In this document: one piece after another, positions 55,238-64,000 of the stretch
How positions within the stretch are numbered: position 1 is the first letter of the stretch
How the letters are laid out: each line of letters starts with the position of its first letter
From: an uncultured Calditrichaceae bacterium
GTDB lineage: Bacteria > Calditrichota > Calditrichia > RBG-13-44-9 > J075
DNA length: 64,000 nucleotides
Assembly (NCBI GenBank): GCA_964416895.1
Contig: CAYQGB010000001.1
Location: 7,065-71,064 of the forward strand
Direction of reading: 5' to 3'
Translations under genes and position numbers: made by a program
Notes under the pieces: generated by a model
What the model saw: only the letters and a program-made list of their open reading frames with translations
What the model was told of the DNA's origin: nothing
The model's database searches: none

Positions 55238-55267
55238 CTCTTTCCCCCGCAGGAGCGGGGGAAAGAG
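55238..55267. terminator. Strong 13-bp stem hairpin (CTCTTTCCCCCGC-agga-GCGGGGGAAAGAG) between convergent trxB and the downstream minus-strand gene
   Basis: Perfect inverted repeat read from the sequence, preceded by GGTTTTTCT. There is no canonical U-tract on either side, so its terminator function is uncertain. Confidence 0.4.
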
Positions 55268-55309
55268 ACATCAGGCGTTCCGGCGCCACAAAAAAGTAGG
55301 ACATTCGCT

Positions 55310-56242
55310 TCAAGGCTTTCCCCGACGGCTGAGGAGGTTCAACTGCCAGTTGGCTTCGATCAGCACCCCCCATTTTCCTTCCCGTTCCAACAGGCCGTGG
55401 GTGGGGAAAATCTCCACACTCACATACGGCAATCGCCAGGTAACCCCCACCCGGGCCAGGGAACGATCTTCCGTGCCCCGGGGAATAAACCGCCGGGTGG
55501 AATGGATACCGTTCACCTCCGCCGACAGGAGCAGCCGGGGATGAAGCTGCCACATCAGCCCCAGCCCATAGGCCAGCACGTCGTTCTGCACGTTGGGCAA
55601 TTGGGGCGCCGCCAGAATGGCCACACCCACATCGGAAAATACGGTGAGGCCGGCAATCCGGTGGGTGAGCACAATCGCCAGGGTAATGTCGGTGGTGTTG
55701 GGGCCTAATCCCCGATCCTGATTGGTATTGGGCAGAGTGGTGCTCAGGCGCAGCCCGATGGCGGGATGATACTTCCCCGCCGCCACCAATTGCGCCAGGG
55801 TGGTGATGGTAAAATCCCCCACATCCCGGGCGCTTTCCAAAGCGGCCATCCCCCCCGGTAGCGCCTCCGGATGCAACACCTGATGAATAATCCCCCGCAC
55901 CCGCAGGGAGACATTCTCGGAAAGGTAAAACTCCACTCCCAGAACTCCATAACGGTTCAGATTGCCTCGCAGTTCAGAGACAGGCGCAATCCAGTCGTCC
56001 CGGAACTCGTATCCCCAGTGGATCAATACCGTGCGCGCCTTCATGGGATGCAGATAAGCCGTGCGCAGCCCGATAACCCGATTGGGGGCGGTCAACCAGC
56101 TTCGGCTTGGGGATTTTTTTTCCTCGCCCGCCCATATCGTGGTCGCAATCAACAGCACCGACAGGATGAACCGCGCCCATCCGCCGGTGCGAAAGCTCGG
56201 CTTCCATCGGCGAGATCCTTTTCGCTTCGGGAAATTGCTCAT
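55310..56242 (-). CDS. Hypothetical secreted / outer-membrane-like protein
   Basis: Signal-like N-terminus (RFILSVLLIATTIWAGEE) with beta-strand-rich sequence downstream. GGAGGAG lies 10 nt upstream of ATG 56242. No family recognised. Confidence 0.4.
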   Translation of the reverse strand: MSNFPKRKGSRRWKPSFRTGGWARFILSVLLIATTIWAGEEKKSPSRSWLTAPNRVIGLRTAYLHPMKARTVLIHWGYEFRDDWIAPVSELRGNLNRYGVLGVEFYLSENVSLRVRGIIHQVLHPEALPGGMAALESARDVGDFTITTLAQLVAAGKYHPAIGLRLSTTLPNTNQDRGLGPNTTDITLAIVLTHRIAGLTVFSDVGVAILAAPQLPNVQNDVLAYGLGLMWQLHPRLLLSAEVNGIHSTRRFIPRGTEDRSLARVGVTWRLPYVSVEIFPTHGLLEREGKWGVLIEANWQLNLLSRRGKP

Positions 56243-56406
56243 CAACGTCAGACTCCTCCGGGATTCCTTATGGATGATCATTGTCGCGATAGTGGGGGAA
56301 AATATATTCCGTTTCTTCCGGCGCAATGTTAGCTTTCCCACACTGCGCCGGAAGAAAACGACCGGGGAAATCAGGCGGCGGTAAGATACACAGGAAGGCC
56401 ATTGAT

Positions 56407-56634
56407 GTTATCGTTGACGCAGGAGGGTAAGAATTTCCTCGTGTTCGGGAAAACGCCCCTCTTTCTTCTTGGAAAAGATCAACTCTCCATCGGCCACCAC
56501 CTCGAAGACCCCTCCGGAAGACTTGATCAATTCCGCCTCGATCCCCAACTCCTTCTTGAGCGTCTCCGCCAAACTGGCGGCTTTGGGGTAGTAGTTTCAC
56601 TCCACGCAATATTCAATGCTCAGTTTTCGTACCA
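56407..56634 (-). CDS. SelW/Rdx-family selenoprotein (SelW-like), 75 aa, with in-frame TGA (selenocysteine) codon at 56596-56598
   Basis: Minus-strand translation reads MVRKLSIEYCVE-U-NYYPKAASLAETLKKELGIEAELIKSSGGVFEVVADGELIFSKKKEGRFPEHEEILTLLRQR*. The CxxU redox motif and the GG(V/I)FEV...DG.LI(F/W)SK...G.FP core are the Rdx/SelW signature. GGAGGT lies 7 nt upstream of the ATG. The ORF is invisible to stop-to-stop ORF calling because of the TGA. Confidence 0.75.
56565..56579 (-). promoter_or_regulatory. Candidate bacterial SECIS hairpin (CCGCCA-GUU-UGGCGG) 16 nt downstream of the UGA codon
   Basis: Perfect 6-bp stem with a G/U-containing apical loop, placed where bacterial SECIS elements usually sit, about 10-25 nt 3' of the UGA. 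Confidence 0.45.
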
Positions 56635-56996
56635 TGAGATTTACCTCCGGCTTAAGGGTTTATTACGGCGATTTTCCCGAGGAATCGGGAGCTTCCATCC
56701 AATTTGATTTCCCTTACCACGAAACCTACCCGGTAAAAGAATTGCCCAAATTCTCACATCTCCGGTGTCAGTTCCCCCCCCTGCACATTTACCGGTATAC
56801 CTCATAAGGGCTCTTCTGCCGGGAAAATAAGAGATTTTCAAATATAACCACTTTCCCGAAAAGGTTGAATCGGTTTTTGCAATTTTGAATTGGATGTTTC
56901 ATATCCTTGTGTAAATTTGTTTGCCGGATGGCAAGGTAGTGTGGGGGGCTTGGGTTTAGCCCCGGGAGACTTCATCTAAACCGAGAGCCAAGTGCC

Positions 56997-57671
56997 ATGA
57001 ACGTGTTGAGGAATCTTTTTGCCAGATCCCCCTTTTCTCCGCTTCAGTCGCACATGGAGAAAGTGGCCGCCTGCGTCAAAAAACTGAACGAGTTATATCA
57101 GGCCTACGTTCACAACGATTGGGATCGGATCAATGCCCTGGCCGAGGAAATCTCCGAGATGGAACATGCCGCCGATCTCACCAAAAACGAAATCCGCAAT
57201 CACCTTCCCAAAGGGCTGTTTTTGGCGGTGAATCGGGGGGATTTGCTGGAAATTCTGGCCCTTCAGGATACCCTCGCCGACCGGGCCGAAGACATCGGCA
57301 TCCTGATGACCCTCAAGCGGCTGGAACCGCTGGAAGGGATGGAAGATGATCTCAAAAAATTTCTGGACAAGAACCTGGAAGCGGTTGAGCATGTGCATGC
57401 GATTATCCGGGAGATGGATGAACTGGTGGAAGCTTCCTTCGGCGGGAGGGAAGCGGAAAAAGTCATGCGCATGGTGGAAGAAGTGGCCTATATGGAACAT
57501 GAAGCGGATGTGTTGCAACGGGAGCTTTTGAAGAAGCTGTACAATATGGATGACACCCTTCCGTATAGCAGCTTTCAATTATGGATCAATATTTTGCAGG
57601 CCGTGGCCTCTCTGGCCAATCTTGCCGAAAAGTTAGCCAATCGAGTTCGGATGTTGCTGGAAGTGAAATAG
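56997..57671 (+). CDS. DUF47 / TIGR00153 PhoU-like phosphate-transport regulator family protein
   Basis: Helical protein of 224 aa encoded directly upstream of a PiT transporter, the classic DUF47-Pit pair. The sequence MNVLRNLFARSP...LKKLNELY is consistent with that family. Confidence 0.75.
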   Translation: MNVLRNLFARSPFSPLQSHMEKVAACVKKLNELYQAYVHNDWDRINALAEEISEMEHAADLTKNEIRNHLPKGLFLAVNRGDLLEILALQDTLADRAEDIGILMTLKRLEPLEGMEDDLKKFLDKNLEAVEHVHAIIREMDELVEASFGGREAEKVMRMVEEVAYMEHEADVLQRELLKKLYNMDDTLPYSSFQLWINILQAVASLANLAEKLANRVRMLLEVK

Positions 57672-57719
57672 CGATTCCGGGAATAAATTCGCAGACCAAC
57701 GGATACGGAAGACGCAACG

Positions 57720-59147
57720 ATGGGAATTGAAACGGTTATTCTGCTTATTGCGTTGGTGGCAGGGTTTTACATGGCCTGGAGTGTGGGCGCGAACGACGTG
57801 GCCAATGCCATGGGCACGTCGGTGGGTTCCGGCGCGCTGACCATCAAGCGGGCGGTGATCATCGCGGCGGTTCTGGAATTCATCGGGGCGGTGTTTGTAG
57901 GAACGCATGTCTCGGAGACCATCCGCAAAGGCATCATCAGCCCGGAAATTTTCACCGGCAACGAGTTCCACCTGATGTACGGGATGATCGGGGCGCTGAT
58001 GGCGGCGGCGGTATGGTTGCAGGTGGCCTCTTATTTCGGCTGGCCCGTCTCCACCACCCATTCCATCGTCGGTTCGGTGCTGGGATTCGGGGTGATGTAT
58101 GCCGGTACCCACGCCGCCGACTGGGGAAAAGTCGCCTCCATTGTGGCCAGCTGGATCATCTCCCCCCTCCTGTGCGGCACCCTCGCCTATCTGATCTTCA
58201 GCCTGCTACGCCGCCTGATCTTTCATAACCAGGAACCGGTGCAGGCGGCCAAAAAGATTACCCCCTATGTCTCTTTCTGCGTGTTCTGGGTGTTGACCCT
58301 GGCCATGGTATTCAAAGGGCTGAAAAACCTGCACCTGCATCTGGAATTTGGACGGGCCTCCCTGATCGCCACGGCAGTGGGACTGGTGGCGGCGGCGATC
58401 AGTTTTTTTCTGGTGCGCCGCATTCAGCCTCAGGACGACCGGGAAGATCGGGTGACAGTGCGCCAACCTCCGCCGGTCATTCAGGAGATTACCGAAGCTG
58501 CGCATCATCTGGAAAAAGCGGTAGTGGATGCCAGAGGAGCATTCAAAGAGCAAATCGCCACCCTGTATCAGGATTTGTTGCTCCTGAGCAAAGAAGCGGA
58601 ACAAGGCACCACCGTGGAGCGGGGCAGCGCCGAGTTCCGGGCGGTGGAGCGGATTTTTGTTTACCTTCAGGTGCTGAGTGCGGCGTTTGTGGCTTTTGCC
58701 CACGGCGCCAACGATGTGGCCAATGCCGTGGGGCCTCTGGCAGCGGTGATCAGCATTTTGCAGACCGGGCAGGTGGCCATGAAGACCGCGGTGCCTCTGT
58801 GGGTGCTGGTGTTAGGGGGTACCGGCATCGTTATCGGGTTGGCGACCTGGGGCTGGCGGGTGATGATCACCATCGGAAAGAAAATCACCGAACTCACCCC
58901 CACCCGGGGATTCTCCGCCGAATTTGCCGCCGCCTCGACCATTGTTCTGGCCAGCAAGCTGGGATTGCCGGTGAGCACGACCCATACGCTGGTGGGCGGC
59001 GTACTGGGGGTGGGGCTGGCCCGGGGGCTGAGCGCTCTGAACCTCCGGGTGGTTACCCACATCATCATCTCCTGGATCGTCACCCTTCCGGCAGGCGCCC
59101 TGGGGGCAATGCTGTTTTACCACCTCATGCGGATACTCTTTGGATAG
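57720..59147 (+). CDS. Inorganic phosphate transporter (PiT family)
   Basis: Duplicated GANDVANAMGTSVG and GANDVANAVGPL PiT signature motifs. About 10 TM segments. Confidence 0.85.
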   Translation: MGIETVILLIALVAGFYMAWSVGANDVANAMGTSVGSGALTIKRAVIIAAVLEFIGAVFVGTHVSETIRKGIISPEIFTGNEFHLMYGMIGALMAAAVWLQVASYFGWPVSTTHSIVGSVLGFGVMYAGTHAADWGKVASIVASWIISPLLCGTLAYLIFSLLRRLIFHNQEPVQAAKKITPYVSFCVFWVLTLAMVFKGLKNLHLHLEFGRASLIATAVGLVAAAISFFLVRRIQPQDDREDRVTVRQPPPVIQEITEAAHHLEKAVVDARGAFKEQIATLYQDLLLLSKEAEQGTTVERGSAEFRAVERIFVYLQVLSAAFVAFAHGANDVANAVGPLAAVISILQTGQVAMKTAVPLWVLVLGGTGIVIGLATWGWRVMITIGKKITELTPTRGFSAEFAAASTIVLASKLGLPVSTTHTLVGGVLGVGLARGLSALNLRVVTHIIISWIVTLPAGALGAMLFYHLMRILFG

Positions 59148-59159
59148 GCGATCGAAACC

Positions 59160-59189
59160 AGCCCCGGCTTCTGGCCGGGGTTCTTTTTT
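59160..59189 (+). terminator. Rho-independent terminator after the phosphate transporter gene
   Basis: GCCCCGGC-ttctg-GCCGGGG stem followed by TTCTTTTTTG. Confidence 0.7.
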
Positions 59190-59617
59190 GCCTCAACCGA
59201 AGCATTTTTCTCTTTACCCTCCCGCCCGACGGGAAAGGAAGGCATTGACACTCTGCGTCTTTATGTTTTCCAAAAACAATGTGTTATGTGGATTTGACGC
59301 GGGAGCGCCTCTTGTTTCCTTCCACCTCCGTCCCGACGGGGTGGGAAGGAAGAATTTTGAGACATTTTTTAACCCAATCAAAAAATTGTCATGACTATTT
59401 TACGATTCGGTTAAAAATAGTCGCTATATTTTACAGCATCCATTGCCGAATAGGGAAAAACTTATTCCACCAATGGATTTTCCCCAAAAATTTCGTAACT
59501 TTTTTCCGTGAAGAATATTTCTTTTCCGCAATCCATAAACGGAGCAGGTGGAGGTTCAGGGGTTTTCGCCATGATCTGCTGACCATGTCATGGTATAAAA
59601 TGAAGGAGGATTCCGGT

Positions 59618-60268
59618 ATGGCCAAACTGTATGTGTCTAACAAAGATGAAACTCCCCGGTTGTTCCAGAACGACTTTCTGGAAAAATTATCCCGGGTACA
59701 CCCCAGCGTGCCCCTCATTCTGTATCTGCCGCTGGTGGCCTTCCTGCTGTATCGGTCGGCGAACAATCCTCAGATTGGCGCCGCGGAGATCGTGGGGCTG
59801 TTCGCTCTGGGCGTGCTGTTCTGGACGTTTATGGAATACGTCATCCATCGGTTTGCCTTTCATTATGAATTCAAAAGCGAGATGGGAAAAAGGATACACT
59901 TCCTCATCCACGGCATTCACCACGATTATCCCCGGGATTCCAAACGTCTGGTAATGCCCCCTTCGGTGAGCATTCCCCTGGCAATTTTGTTTTACGGGTT
60001 GTTCCGATGGGCCTTAGGCGTGACCGTGGGGGAACCTTCTTTTGCCGGATTTGTATTCGGCTACGTGTGTTACGATTCCATTCATTATGTGCTGCACCAC
60101 TGGTCGATGCGGGGAAGCCGGCTGGGATTGTGGCTTCAGCAGCATCACAACCTGCACCACTATCAAGATCCTGATCGGGGATACGGCGTCAGCACGCCCC
60201 TGTGGGATTACGTGTTTGGCACCATGCCGGAACCGATAAAGAAGAAAAAGATGCCCGTGGACGCCTGA
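59618..60268 (+). CDS. Fatty acid hydroxylase superfamily / sterol desaturase family membrane protein
   Basis: Histidine boxes HRFAFH, HGIHH and HNLHHY in TM context. AGGAGG RBS upstream of ATG 59618. Confidence 0.7.
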   Translation: MAKLYVSNKDETPRLFQNDFLEKLSRVHPSVPLILYLPLVAFLLYRSANNPQIGAAEIVGLFALGVLFWTFMEYVIHRFAFHYEFKSEMGKRIHFLIHGIHHDYPRDSKRLVMPPSVSIPLAILFYGLFRWALGVTVGEPSFAGFVFGYVCYDSIHYVLHHWSMRGSRLGLWLQQHHNLHHYQDPDRGYGVSTPLWDYVFGTMPEPIKKKKMPVDA

Positions 60269-60431
60269 GCGTCTGCCAGGCCTCTGCCTTTCAATTTGCG
60301 TGGAAAACGCCTCGAGGGAATTTCCCTCGAGGCGTTTGTGTTGTACAGCGTATGCCGTGTACTATCACGTCACATCTGAGAATTTCGCAGAAGTCACTCA
60401 ACAGTCAGCGCCCATCGGCGTAAAATGCCAG

Positions 60432-60497
60432 AAAACGTATTGCGTATTGCGTAACCGGCTACATCAAAATACGCAATACGCATTACGAAATACGTTT
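60432..60497. repeat. Intergenic inverted repeat AAAACGTATTGCGTATTGCGTA...TACGCAATACGCATTACG...ATACGTTT
   Basis: 18-bp arms with one mismatch; read from the sequence. It lies upstream of the GT4 gene. Confidence 0.5.
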
Positions 60498-60646
60498 CTT
60501 AAAGCTGGACGTCGGTTTCCAAACACATTCCAGGGAATTCTCATATGCCAGGTGATAGTACAGCTGTACAGCGTACGCCGCCTTACGGAACTCCCGGAAC
60601 GTTGGGGAATATATTTCCGGTTGGAAAAAAACAGAACGATTCGGGA

Positions 60647-61795
60647 ATGCGGATCTTACAAACCTGCGGCTCTCCGGCCTGGGGCGGACTGGAGATGCAG
60701 ACGTTGAGGATTTCCCTGGCCCTGGCCGACCGGGGGCACGAGATCACCCTGCTGTGCCGACCGGACACAATCCTGGCGCAGGAAGCCGCCCGAAATGGCC
60801 TGGCGGTGGCGCCTCTGCTCCGGGAAGACCGCCATATCTGGCAGGGAATATGGCAAACCCTTCGGTTTCTGCGCCAATCCCGATGGGACATCATCCATTG
60901 CCACCTCTCCCACGATCTATGGACACTGGTGCCGGCGTTGCACCTGGCGGGAAGGGCCACTCCCCTGCTGATGAGCAAGCGCATGGCCAGCGGCGTACGC
61001 AAATGCGATCCCCTGCACCGCTATCTATACCGCCGGGTGAATCGAATTTTGACCGTCTCCGGATTTATCCGGGAGAACGTTCTCCGTACCTGCCCCGTTC
61101 CTCCGGAGAAAGTGCATGTTCTGCTCAACGGATTGCCCATAGACGCCTACGATCCGGGAAAATATAATCGGGAAGAAATTCGTCGGGAGCTGGGGCTAAA
61201 CGCCTCCGATGTGGTGGTGGGAATGGTGGCCCGCCTGACCCCCAAAAAAGGGCATCGAGAATTTCTGGAAGCGGCGAGAAGGATTCTGGATCAGACCGAT
61301 GTGCCGGTGCATTTTCTGGTGGTGGGCGGCGCCAGCTACGGGGAAGAGGAATACGAGCAGGCAATTCGGGCGCTGGCGGCTTCCCGGCAACTCTTTCCGC
61401 ACATTACCTTCACCGGTTTTCGCCGGGACGTCCCTCGAATGATGGCCGCGATGGATATTCTGGCTTTTCCTTCCTACGGGGAATCTTTTCCCAACACCCT
61501 GTTAGAGGCGATGGCGTTGCAACTGCCGGTGGTAGCGGCGGCCGGCGGAGCGGTACCGGAAGTGGTGGTGGAAGGCCACACCGGGTTGCTGGTGCCCCCC
61601 CGGGATGGGCAAGCGCTGGCGGAAAAGCTTCTGGAGTTGATCCGGGATCCCCGGCGGCGGGAGGAGATGGGACGGCAGGGCCGCCGCCGGGTGGAAACCC
61701 ACTTTCGCTTCGATCACTATCTGGAAAAGTTAGAAGGGCATTATCAGGAGTTTGTCACCTCCATGGGGAAAAATCCGGTGGTGTTGGAAATGTGA
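60647..61795 (+). CDS. Glycosyltransferase family 4 (GT-B, group 1)
   Basis: N-terminal GGLEMQTLRISLALADRGHEITLL. C-terminal EAMALQLPVVAAAGGAVPEVVVEGHTGLLVPP with the E-x7-E-like motif. Confidence 0.8.
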   Translation: MRILQTCGSPAWGGLEMQTLRISLALADRGHEITLLCRPDTILAQEAARNGLAVAPLLREDRHIWQGIWQTLRFLRQSRWDIIHCHLSHDLWTLVPALHLAGRATPLLMSKRMASGVRKCDPLHRYLYRRVNRILTVSGFIRENVLRTCPVPPEKVHVLLNGLPIDAYDPGKYNREEIRRELGLNASDVVVGMVARLTPKKGHREFLEAARRILDQTDVPVHFLVVGGASYGEEEYEQAIRALAASRQLFPHITFTGFRRDVPRMMAAMDILAFPSYGESFPNTLLEAMALQLPVVAAAGGAVPEVVVEGHTGLLVPPRDGQALAEKLLELIRDPRRREEMGRQGRRRVETHFRFDHYLEKLEGHYQEFVTSMGKNPVVLEM

Positions 61796-61843
61796 GGCTT
61801 TGCGATAGTGTTCAAGAAAAAGATTTTGGGGGAATGCAAAGTG

Positions 61844-62039
61844 ACCCCAGGGCGGTGCCCTTCGCTATCTCATTTAGACCCCTTCGGGGTCTGAAATATG
61901 GAACCTACAGTCTAAATGGCTACAGCCTATGTACCGGAATAGCCCCGGGGCGGTGCCCTTCGTTATCTCATTTAAACCCCTTCGGGGTCTGAAATATGGA
62001 ACCTACAGTCTAAATGGCTACAGCCTATGTACCTGAATA
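61844..62039. repeat. Perfectly tandem direct repeat, 2 x 98 bp (4 mismatches); each unit contains a GACCCC-UUCG-GGGGUC tetraloop hairpin
   Basis: Read from the sequence. It lies in the intergenic region between the GT4 and rsmB genes. Confidence 0.85.
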
Positions 62040-62122
62040 GCTTTCATCTTTAATCTCGACCGGGTATACCCCCCACCGGATTTGAATTCCCCAAAATTTT
62101 CCTTAGCAGCCACCGGGAATTT

Positions 62123-63583
62123 TTGTATATTATTCTAAATTGGGTCGTGTTATCAAACATCAGGAAAAAAGCAGCGTTGAGTGACGAAGAAAAATTGGTA
62201 AACCTTTCGCAATCTCAGGATTCCGACAGCAGTACCTCCGCCGCTCCTCCATCTCAGATTAACGCCCGGACGAAGATCGTGGATATTCTTACCCGGGTGG
62301 AGACCCGCCAGGCCTTTACCGACAAACTGCTGGAACGGGAGATCAACACCTTTGAAGAGGCGGATCGAGGGCTGATCACCGAAGTGGTGTACGGCGTTCT
62401 GCGCTGGCGGTTACGGCTGGACTGGTATCTGCGCCAGCTATACGTGGGAGAATACGAGAACCTGATCCCCGACGTGAAGAATAATCTCCGCTCTTCGGTG
62501 TATCAGCTGATGTATCTGGACAAAATCCCCCCCTATGCGGTGCTCAACGAGGCGGTGGAGATTGCCAAAAACAAGTACAATCAGAAAACCGCCAATCTGG
62601 TCAATGCCATCCTGAGAAATTTTTTGCGCCAGCGGAAAAAGCTGGAGTATCTGGAAACCCAGCTGGAATACGTGGAGCGCCTTTCCATCCGGTATTCCCA
62701 TCCCCTGTGGCTGGTGCAACGCTGGATCGAAGAATGGGGCGTGGATCATACCATCCGCCTGTGCGTTGCCAACAACGAACGCCCCACCCTGGCGGTTCGG
62801 ATCAACTACCTTCAAGCGCACCCGGAAACGCTATTCAAATCCCTGGAGGAGGCCGAGGTAGACCACGAGGTACACCCGGATTTTCCCGAATTCGTACGGA
62901 TCAAAGATTTTTCCGAATTTCGCAAGCTGGATTTTCTGCGCCGGGGATGGGTATCGGTACAGGATGTCAGCACGGGGATTCCGGTGCGGCTGTTAAATCC
63001 TCAACCGGGAGAGAAGGTGCTGGACATGTGTGCGGCGCCCGGTGGTAAAGCCGGGTACATCGGCGAGCGCATGAACAACCTGGGCACGCTGGTCTGTTTT
63101 GAGAAGCACCATAGCCGGGCCTGTCTGCTGCGAGACAACCTTCAACGCCTGGGAATTTCTCACTCCTTGATCGTCGCCACCGATGCCCTGCAAATGCCGG
63201 TGGAGTATCAGTTCGATAAAATCTTGCTGGATGCCCCCTGCACCGGCTTCGGCGTATTGAGCAAACGGGTGGATCTCAAATGGAAGCGCACCGCCCAGGA
63301 TATTGAGAACATGCAGCAGATTCAACTGCAATTGTTAGAGGCGGCGGCCCGGGTGCTCCGGATCGGCGGCAAACTGGTATATAGCACCTGCACCATTACT
63401 CCGGAAGAAAACGAACAGGTCGTGGAACGATTCTTGAAAATCCATCCCGAGTTTGAGCGGGATTCCCTGAAAGATGATCTCCCCCAGAAATATCTCTGGG
63501 ACGGGTATTCCGTTCGCACTTTTCCCCACGTGCACGACATGGACGGCTCCTTCGCCGTTCGCCTGACCAAAACCACCCGATAA
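62123..63583 (+). CDS. rsmB: 16S rRNA (cytosine-C5)-methyltransferase RsmB/Sun family (NusB-like N-domain plus SAM methyltransferase)
   Basis: N-terminal NusB-like region. Methyltransferase motifs CAAPGGKAGYIGE, LLDAPCTGFGVLSKRVDLKW and YSTCTI. The start codon is uncertain (the ORF opens at 62123). Confidence 0.8.
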   Translation: MYIILNWVVLSNIRKKAALSDEEKLVNLSQSQDSDSSTSAAPPSQINARTKIVDILTRVETRQAFTDKLLEREINTFEEADRGLITEVVYGVLRWRLRLDWYLRQLYVGEYENLIPDVKNNLRSSVYQLMYLDKIPPYAVLNEAVEIAKNKYNQKTANLVNAILRNFLRQRKKLEYLETQLEYVERLSIRYSHPLWLVQRWIEEWGVDHTIRLCVANNERPTLAVRINYLQAHPETLFKSLEEAEVDHEVHPDFPEFVRIKDFSEFRKLDFLRRGWVSVQDVSTGIPVRLLNPQPGEKVLDMCAAPGGKAGYIGERMNNLGTLVCFEKHHSRACLLRDNLQRLGISHSLIVATDALQMPVEYQFDKILLDAPCTGFGVLSKRVDLKWKRTAQDIENMQQIQLQLLEAAARVLRIGGKLVYSTCTITPEENEQVVERFLKIHPEFERDSLKDDLPQKYLWDGYSVRTFPHVHDMDGSFAVRLTKTTR

Positions 63584-63630
63584 CGCCGATCTTCTTTCGA
63601 CGGCGCCGTACAAACATCGGATTCGATTGC

Positions 63631-64000
63631 ATGAGAGGCTATCGATTGCCGGGGTGGCTGCTGCCGTTGCTGATGGGCATCGGCTGGAGTTGCGGCTCCC
63701 CTCCTCAACAAGCTCCTCCGGTGGAGGACATCACCACTCCCCCACCGGTTGCCCCGGCCGATACTCCCCACGCCGGGGTTTTTCAATCGCTGGATGGGGT
63801 GTGGGAAGGGGAATTTCGAATCTATCGAATACCCCAACAGCCCCCTTCGCCGGTGCGCCCCCGGCTTGGGGAAGACGCGCTCCCGGATACGCTTCCCTTG
63901 CAACTGACACAAATCATTCGGGTGCGGCAGGAATACACCTCCCAATCCCCTTACTTTCAGCGGGTACACATCCGGGATCAGTACGTCACCGAAACCGGTG
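63631..64000 (+). CDS. Putative lipoprotein, 3' end outside the window
   Basis: MRGYRLPGWLLPLLMGIGWSCGSPP has a signal peptide with a lipobox-like cysteine, followed by a Pro-rich linker. Confidence 0.4.
   Translation, partial: MRGYRLPGWLLPLLMGIGWSCGSPPQQAPPVEDITTPPPVAPADTPHAGVFQSLDGVWEGEFRIYRIPQQPPSPVRPRLGEDALPDTLPLQLTQIIRVRQEYTSQSPYFQRVHIRDQYVTETG

Noticed and set aside
55238-55267. Canonical Rho-independent terminator for trxB
   Set aside because: The hairpin is strong, but the U-tract precedes rather than follows it on the trxB strand, and the other strand has an A-tract. It is kept only as a low-confidence terminator-like structure.
56402-56707. 101-aa plus-strand ORF (and 56268-56609 minus ORF) from the six-frame track
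   Set aside because: The minus-strand SelW-like reading frame with in-frame TGA explains this locus far better, with SD, family signature and SECIS hairpin. The plus-strand ORF has no RBS or family resemblance.
63322-63969. 215-aa minus-strand ORF overlapping the rsmB 3' end and the downstream lipoprotein gene
   Set aside because: It lies antisense to two plus-strand genes with clear motifs and a signal peptide, and its composition is Arg/Gly/Pro-rich.

Overview
This is a GC-rich (about 60%) bacterial chromosomal segment with three main parts.

(1) Positions 1-10772, plus strand: one contiguous operon for a type IV pilus / type II secretion-like machine. Gene order: PilB/GspE ATPase C-terminus (5' truncated, fused to two receiver domains), prepilin peptidase, PilC/GspF, a pilin, three or four minor (pseudo)pilins, a PilM-PilN fusion, PilO, PilP, a short secretin, and a PilT retraction ATPase.

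(2) Positions 11135-53670, almost all minus strand: a long block for carbohydrate/sulfated-glycan and acid-sugar catabolism. It contains:
- an anaerobic sulfatase-maturating radical-SAM enzyme and a Cys-type sulfatase;
- an FGE-domain multidomain protein, three paralogous secreted beta-propeller proteins, a GH31 family enzyme and a beta-helix protein;
- a TonB-dependent receptor;
- GntP and sodium:solute symporters;
- an enolase-superfamily dehydratase, an aldehyde dehydrogenase, HpcH and DHDPS-family aldolases, a DUF1537 kinase with a PdxA-family dehydrogenase, an Fe-ADH, and a LacI regulator;
- two large repeat-beta-propeller surface proteins with T9SS-type C-terminal sorting domains;
- an AT-rich (about 35-38% GC) island with one hypothetical gene, and an orphan DUF58 gene.

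(3) Positions 54259-64000: thioredoxin reductase; a SelW/Rdx-like selenoprotein gene with an in-frame TGA (Sec) codon on the minus strand, invisible to stop-to-stop ORF calling; a DUF47 + PiT phosphate transporter pair; a fatty-acid hydroxylase-family gene; a GT4 glycosyltransferase; a 2 x 98 bp tandem repeat; RsmB; and a truncated lipoprotein gene.

Several families of intergenic palindromic/hairpin repeats are dispersed through the window. I found no rRNA, tRNA or CRISPR array. The T9SS-type C-terminal domains suggest, by inference only, an organism of the FCB superphylum or a related candidate phylum. The features I rank highest are the hidden selenoprotein gene and the pilus/secretion ATPase with its C-terminal tandem receiver domains inside a compact all-in-one pilus operon.
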